The notes below the pieces were generated by a model. It was not told the origin of the DNA and searched no databases. It saw only the letters and a program-made list of their open reading frames with translations. Source: Candidatus Poribacteria bacterium (lineage in GTDB: Bacteria > Poribacteria > WGA-4E > WGA-3G). Taken from it: a stretch of 64,000 bases of DNA. The DNA lies in NCBI GenBank assembly GCA_964291315.2, contig OZ219753.1:2752001-2816000 (forward strand), in the 5' to 3' direction. A program made the position numbers and the translations under genes. The number at the start of each line of letters is the position of its first letter. Position 1 is the first letter of the stretch. Shown in pieces: positions 59,464 to 64,000 of this stretch.

Positions 59464-61434
59464 TTAAGGCGTTAAAGGTTTCACACAACGAAAACCGACA
59501 TCATCCCGCTCTTGAAAAGTGGCGTGGACAGTGCGTCGATACACCCGTGCGTGTTCAATACGGCCCGCAAAACTCCCGCCGCGTATGGCGCGCTGCGAAT
59601 AGTTAGGTTGGCCCGATCGGTAGGAACCGATTGTTTCATAATTGTCCAATAAGTACTGGATACTGGGTTCACCCGCTAACGGATTCAGAGCAGGCGTGGT
59701 GTCCCGGGGGTTAATCGCCTCATCCAGACACCATTCACGGATATTCCCTATCATATCATACAAGCCGTAACCGTTCGGAGCGTAACTACCGACAGCCTTC
59801 GTACCACCGCTCCGGATGTTGGCTCGGGAGTAAGCCTCCCTATGTAATGGATACAGGTCGTCGTCGTCGTCGGGCCCGCCCCAGGAGAACGTCTTACCGA
59901 CTAAGCCGCCGCGTGCAGCATACTCCCATTCTGCCTCGGTGGGTAGCCGCTTGCCTGCCCACTCTGCATACGCCATCGCGCCATACCAAGTTACATGGGC
60001 AACAGGATGATTCTCATAACCCGAGGCTGCACGATACACCCCTGCTACTAACCCAATCTGCTTATTAGGCTCAGGATAGAGCCGCACAACACCTTCAGGA
60101 TCCTCAACCATCCGCGGATTAGGCCCACTGCCGATCCGCACCCAGGTACGTCCTGCCTGCTGATGTTTGCCTTTTGCATTCAGAAATGCCACGTATTCCG
60201 CAACGGTCACTTCATGCGTATCCATATAGAACGCCTCTAAAGTGACCATACGAGGAGACCAATCGGTATCCCTCAGATCAGTAGAGTCGCTCCCCATTCG
60301 GAACGTGCCGGCTTTGATCAAGACCATGCCGTCAGGAGCTGTGGGTACTTGGATGTTGGTGGGCTCCCCATCGTCCTCCCCATCCGACGGGTTCTCCCCA
60401 TCGTCATCGTCATCGTCATCGTCGTCCCCGTCCGACTCAGCTGGCGGAGAGACCGGCACCCATGCTGAAGTGACAGTCAATGTTGAGCCCCCCACGGTCT
60501 GCATGAAGCCGTCCGCCTGCACCAAATTAGCCGTGGAACGCTGGGAGTAGAGCAGGTCATTTGCCCCCACCGAAGCAGCCATAGCGGATGAGACAACCCG
60601 AAATGACTTTTTCGGATGCACCCAGAAAGCGAACGTTGGGGTGCTGCTTTGCGGTTTTATCGCACCCTGTGCGTTTGAAATACGGAAATAGATGTTGTTG
60701 TTGGACCACGAATGAAACACACGAGTCTTGCCAGGTGCAATGCGGAGGCGCCCGCGCGTCCGATACCCTTCCGGGAACCCTCGATCCGCATTTGCAGTCT
60801 TCCAGGTCGAACTGATCACATACAGATAGTCCTCTGTTGCGTTTGTTACAAGGTTCTCCAGCCATTGTGGCGGAATAGGATCGGCCACTTCCTCAGCGGC
60901 GCTGTTATCCTCACCTCCATCCGTTGGGGGTGCAGGCGTGCTATTTACAAGTACCCAGGCTGGAGTGACGGTCAATGTTGAACCCCCCGAATACTGCATG
61001 AAGCCGTCGGACTGGACCAAATTAGCCGTGGAATGATCGGAGTAGAGCAGGTCATTTGCCCCCACCGAAGCAGCCATAGCGGATGAGACAACTCGAAATG
61101 TCCTTTTCGGATGCATCCAGAAAGCGAACGTTGCGGTGCTGCTTTGCGGTTTTATCGCACCCTGTGCGTTTGAAATACGGAAATAGACACTGTTATCAGC
61201 CCATGAATAAAACACACGAGTCTTGCCGGGATCCACACGATAGGTACCCCGCGTCCAAAACCCTTGCGGGATGCTTTTGTCCGCATCCGCAGCCTTCCAC
61301 GTCGAACGGACCACATAGACAGTCTCACTCGTATTATTGGTTACAAAGCTATTCTGCCATCCTGCTGACGCTGATGAGACAAGCCCACACATGAGCGCAG
61401 CAAAAACGGATAGGCTCAATACTGTCCTTTTCAT
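59464..61434 (-). CDS. Secreted FGE-sulfatase (CLec-fold) protein, paralog of 18043-19899
   Basis: Signal peptide; two tandem N-terminal domains; poly-Asp linker; RLPTEAEWEYAARGG, NGYGLYDMIGN, RGGSF, GFRCV. Confidence 0.9.
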   Translation of the reverse strand: MKRTVLSLSVFAALMCGLVSSASAGWQNSFVTNNTSETVYVVRSTWKAADADKSIPQGFWTRGTYRVDPGKTRVFYSWADNSVYFRISNAQGAIKPQSSTATFAFWMHPKRTFRVVSSAMAASVGANDLLYSDHSTANLVQSDGFMQYSGGSTLTVTPAWVLVNSTPAPPTDGGEDNSAAEEVADPIPPQWLENLVTNATEDYLYVISSTWKTANADRGFPEGYRTRGRLRIAPGKTRVFHSWSNNNIYFRISNAQGAIKPQSSTPTFAFWVHPKKSFRVVSSAMAASVGANDLLYSQRSTANLVQADGFMQTVGGSTLTVTSAWVPVSPPAESDGDDDDDDDDDGENPSDGEDDGEPTNIQVPTAPDGMVLIKAGTFRMGSDSTDLRDTDWSPRMVTLEAFYMDTHEVTVAEYVAFLNAKGKHQQAGRTWVRIGSGPNPRMVEDPEGVVRLYPEPNKQIGLVAGVYRAASGYENHPVAHVTWYGAMAYAEWAGKRLPTEAEWEYAARGGLVGKTFSWGGPDDDDDLYPLHREAYSRANIRSGGTKAVGSYAPNGYGLYDMIGNIREWCLDEAINPRDTTPALNPLAGEPSIQYLLDNYETIGSYRSGQPNYSQRAIRGGSFAGRIEHARVYRRTVHATFQERDDVGFRCVKPLTP

Positions 61435-61472
61435 TCTACGTCTCCTTTAGATACACTTTTGTTAGATTTTTC

Positions 61473-61652
61473 AATAGAGTCTAACATATTTTAACGATTG
61501 ATGCACTTCTACCAGACTTTGTAATAGAGTTTAACATATTTTGACGATAAAGTCAAACATTTTTTTGATGCCGGCACGTTTTTTTTAGCGTTTTCAATAG
61601 GATCTAACACATTTTGCGGTAGAATCTAACATAAGCGTTGCATATTTTGATA
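61473..61652. repeat. Array of imperfect direct repeats (core AGAGTCTAACATATTTT)
   Basis: Copies at about 61473, 61523, 61551, 61596 and 61621, upstream of the FGE paralog. Confidence 0.7.
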
Positions 61653-61997
61653 ATAATTGTTTCCGGGGGCATCATGAGATAGTCTTCTGTCCTACTGAAT
61701 GGAGGATATGGTATCATGAGCGCATTATAGTGTCAAGTCAGCGGCTCAAATGAGCGAGGCGTTGGCGATCGTTCCTCTTATCAGCTACTGTTTCGCGAAT
61801 TTTGGCGATTCTTTAGAGGGCGGTGTCTGCTGTACAACGGGTGAGGATAGCGGTGGCATTGGGACAGCGGTCTTTTTAACGGTTACGGGGGTTTCCGCAT
61901 TTTTCTTGCTGTCAGGGGCTGTGTGTTGTATAATCATTATGTTTTGTATTCTTCAGACTGAATTCACGACAAATCATCATTACAATGGGAGAGATTT

Positions 61998-62798
61998 ATG
62001 CAGGTTGGGCTTATGGAGGGCACAATTCGGCGGGAGACGCTTAGCGAAACGCTGGATGCGGTTGTGGGGTACGGTGTGCGTCACTTACAGTATCATGCGC
62101 CTGTGGCACTACCACTTGCGGAGGTACGCCGAGAATTGGATGCTCGGCAGATGACAATATCAGGGCTCGGAGGCACCTACAATATGATTGATCCCGATGT
62201 TGAGAAGCGGGATGCCGGGTTGCGGAGGTTGCGCTCTATTGCGGAACAGTGCGGGCCGATGGGTACATCCATAATCACGCTCTGTACGGGTACCCGTGAC
62301 GCAGACAGCATGTGGCGCGCGCATCCTGATAATCATTCGGCAGCAGCGTGGCGGGATCTGGTGATGTCTATGCAGCAGGCATTGGAAGTAGCTGAGAGAC
62401 ATGAGGTGACACTTGCGTTTGAACCGGAAGTGGCAAATGTGATTGATTCGGCACAGAAAGCTCGTCGGTTGCTTGATGAGATGCAATCGCCGTATTTAAA
62501 AGTATGTATGGACGGTGCGAATATTTTTCACAAGGGCGAACTTCCAAAGATGCGTGAAATATTAGATGAAGCGTTTCAGCTGCTTGGTCCCGATATTGCA
62601 CTTGCACACGCAAAGGACTTGGATCGGGATGGGCAGGCTGGGCATCTTGCGGCTGGAACAGGGTTGCTGGACTATGAGCAGTATCTCGGCTTGCTAAAGG
62701 CGTGTGGTTATGATGGAGCGGTGGTATTACACGGTCTCTCGGAGGAGCAATTGCCTTATTGCACGGGTTTCTTGCGTGAGAGAATAGCTGCGCTGTAA
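61998..62798 (+). CDS. Sugar phosphate isomerase/epimerase family protein
   Basis: YNMIDPD, TLCTGT, AFEPE, MDGAN, AHAKD. Confidence 0.88.
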   Translation: MQVGLMEGTIRRETLSETLDAVVGYGVRHLQYHAPVALPLAEVRRELDARQMTISGLGGTYNMIDPDVEKRDAGLRRLRSIAEQCGPMGTSIITLCTGTRDADSMWRAHPDNHSAAAWRDLVMSMQQALEVAERHEVTLAFEPEVANVIDSAQKARRLLDEMQSPYLKVCMDGANIFHKGELPKMREILDEAFQLLGPDIALAHAKDLDRDGQAGHLAAGTGLLDYEQYLGLLKACGYDGAVVLHGLSEEQLPYCTGFLRERIAAL

Positions 62799-62858
62799 GC
62801 GTTGTCGCTTTTCGGTAATTTCTCCGGCTGTGGCGAATGGAATGCCTGATGTTTGGTG

Positions 62859-64000
62859 TTAGATGCCATCAGACATCCGTTCTGCTAATCGGGCGAGTGC
62901 GGGCGAGGTGTCCAATTTTTCGAGCTCCGCCTCGATCAGAGTAAAATGGCGTGTCTCAGCAAGTGCTGCTTTAATGGCGTTGTCAAATTCCCCTTCAGTT
63001 CGGACGTGGAACCCGCGTCCTGTTCCAAAGAGCGACGGTATGCCGCTATAGTTCCAGCAGCCTATATCATTGAAAGGGCCTTCAAGCAGTTGGCGCTCGG
63101 TGCCGTATCCGTGATTGTTTAGGACGAGGATGATCGGATTAAAACTGTGGCGTGCAACGGTTGAGAGTTCAGTGCCTGTCATCTGGAAGGCACCATCTCC
63201 TACGATAACAAGGCATCGGGTATCTGGCATGCTCAATTGTGCGCCGACAGACGCTGGCACCGCAAACCCCATTGAGGTATAGTAAGCGGGGCTGATAAAA
63301 TTGGTGTGTTGATGTATCTGTAGCTCTACGGCTCCGAAGAGGCTGTCCCCGACATCGGCGATAACTGTCAGTTCGTCGCTAATAAATTCGTTGAGATGTT
63401 GGAACAAACGGCTAACAGTGAGGGGTGTATCCGGTTCAACAGTGAATGGTTCGGCATCTCGGAGGGTCCAGTCTAGTTTCGGTTTCCGGCGTTTGCGGAG
63501 TTTCGGAGAGTTGATACCGTCAATGAAATCGGCGAACATCACATCTTCATAGGTGCGGTAGCGGACAGTGAGTTTTTCGGACGTAGCATAAATGGAGCGT
63601 CCACGATCGAGATTTGCGGTATAAATTCCGAGGTTCACGTCAGTCATGAAAGCCCCGAGGATGATGACACAGTCCGAATCTTCAACAAATTCTCTAACGT
63701 CCTTTTTACCCATTGCTCCTTCATAAATTCCCAAGTAGAGTGGATGTGATTCGGGTATCACAGATTTTCCGAGGAGTGTTGCCACGACAGGTATTCGTTT
63801 TTCTTCCACCAGCCGGATCAATTTGTCCTGATAGCCGAATCTGTGTAGTTCTACGCCTGCGAGGATTACGGGTTTTTTGCTCTTGTTGATAAAGTTGCAT
63901 GCGTCTTCAACGGCGGCGTCCAACACTTCTGGATCGCTAATATGTTGACTGGTTGAAGGCGCTTGATAGCGTGTGCCGCGGGCATCTACCCTATCGCGCG
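62859..64000 (-). CDS. ThDP-dependent alpha-keto acid (indolepyruvate/phenylpyruvate-like) decarboxylase, 5'-truncated by window edge
   Basis: Frame open to the window edge; GKSVIPESHP, ADVGDS, YYTSMGF, GDGAFQMTG...LNNHGY ThDP motif. Confidence 0.9.
   Translation of the reverse strand, partial: RDRVDARGTRYQAPSTSQHISDPEVLDAAVEDACNFINKSKKPVILAGVELHRFGYQDKLIRLVEEKRIPVVATLLGKSVIPESHPLYLGIYEGAMGKKDVREFVEDSDCVIILGAFMTDVNLGIYTANLDRGRSIYATSEKLTVRYRTYEDVMFADFIDGINSPKLRKRRKPKLDWTLRDAEPFTVEPDTPLTVSRLFQHLNEFISDELTVIADVGDSLFGAVELQIHQHTNFISPAYYTSMGFAVPASVGAQLSMPDTRCLVIVGDGAFQMTGTELSTVARHSFNPIILVLNNHGYGTERQLLEGPFNDIGCWNYSGIPSLFGTGRGFHVRTEGEFDNAIKAALAETRHFTLIEAELEKLDTSPALARLAERMSDGI

Noticed and set aside
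59464-59620. Paralog 3' end as the template repeat for the FGE gene at 18043
   Set aside because: Differences are not confined to adenines, there is no AAC-rich pattern and no RT; it is simply a diverged paralog
60399-60426. (CATCGT)n repeat as a phase-variation switch
   Set aside because: The hexamer unit keeps the frame and only alters the poly-Asp linker length
61473-61652. Possible CRISPR array
   Set aside because: Repeats are degenerate, irregularly spaced and non-palindromic, and no cas genes are present
61750-62154. 134-aa ORF
   Set aside because: Overlaps the epimerase gene and its promoter out of frame; no motifs

Overview
Bacterial chromosomal window of about 48-52% GC by eye, with AT-richer islands. 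It is most likely Candidatus Poribacteria (sponge symbiont), inferred from the VDxxxKL(A/S)TTWxxVK C-terminal motif, DUF6785-type membrane proteins, PhyH, and Gfo/Idh/MocA, TPR and FGE-sulfatase genes. Housekeeping and metabolic genes include the P-II 3' end, a Gld-like ABC operon, rbsK, birA, trpC/trpD, proA, recD2, thrC, archease, sugar catabolism enzymes, a multiheme cytochrome and a ThDP decarboxylase. Three accessory systems stand out. (1) An AT-rich four-gene Druantia-like defence operon at 6030-16376 ends in an 1818-aa DUF1998 helicase; its second gene looks like a coiled coil fused to a degenerate McrB-type AAA domain, and no DruA or MTase partner is adjacent. (2) A type III R-M locus at 35369-42548 has two tandem mod genes with near-identical N- and C-terminal arms but unrelated target-recognition domains (one frameshifted), one res, and an extra SPPY MTase. 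(3) Two paralogous secreted FGE/CLec-fold proteins share identical DNA blocks and a conserved 3' hairpin; one sits behind a poly-C leader ORF that would fuse in frame with one extra C (phase-variation-like) and has DGR-target-like features, although no RT or template repeat is in the window. No rRNA, tRNA, CRISPR array or intact transposase was recognised. All family calls come from reading motifs by eye, not from database searches.
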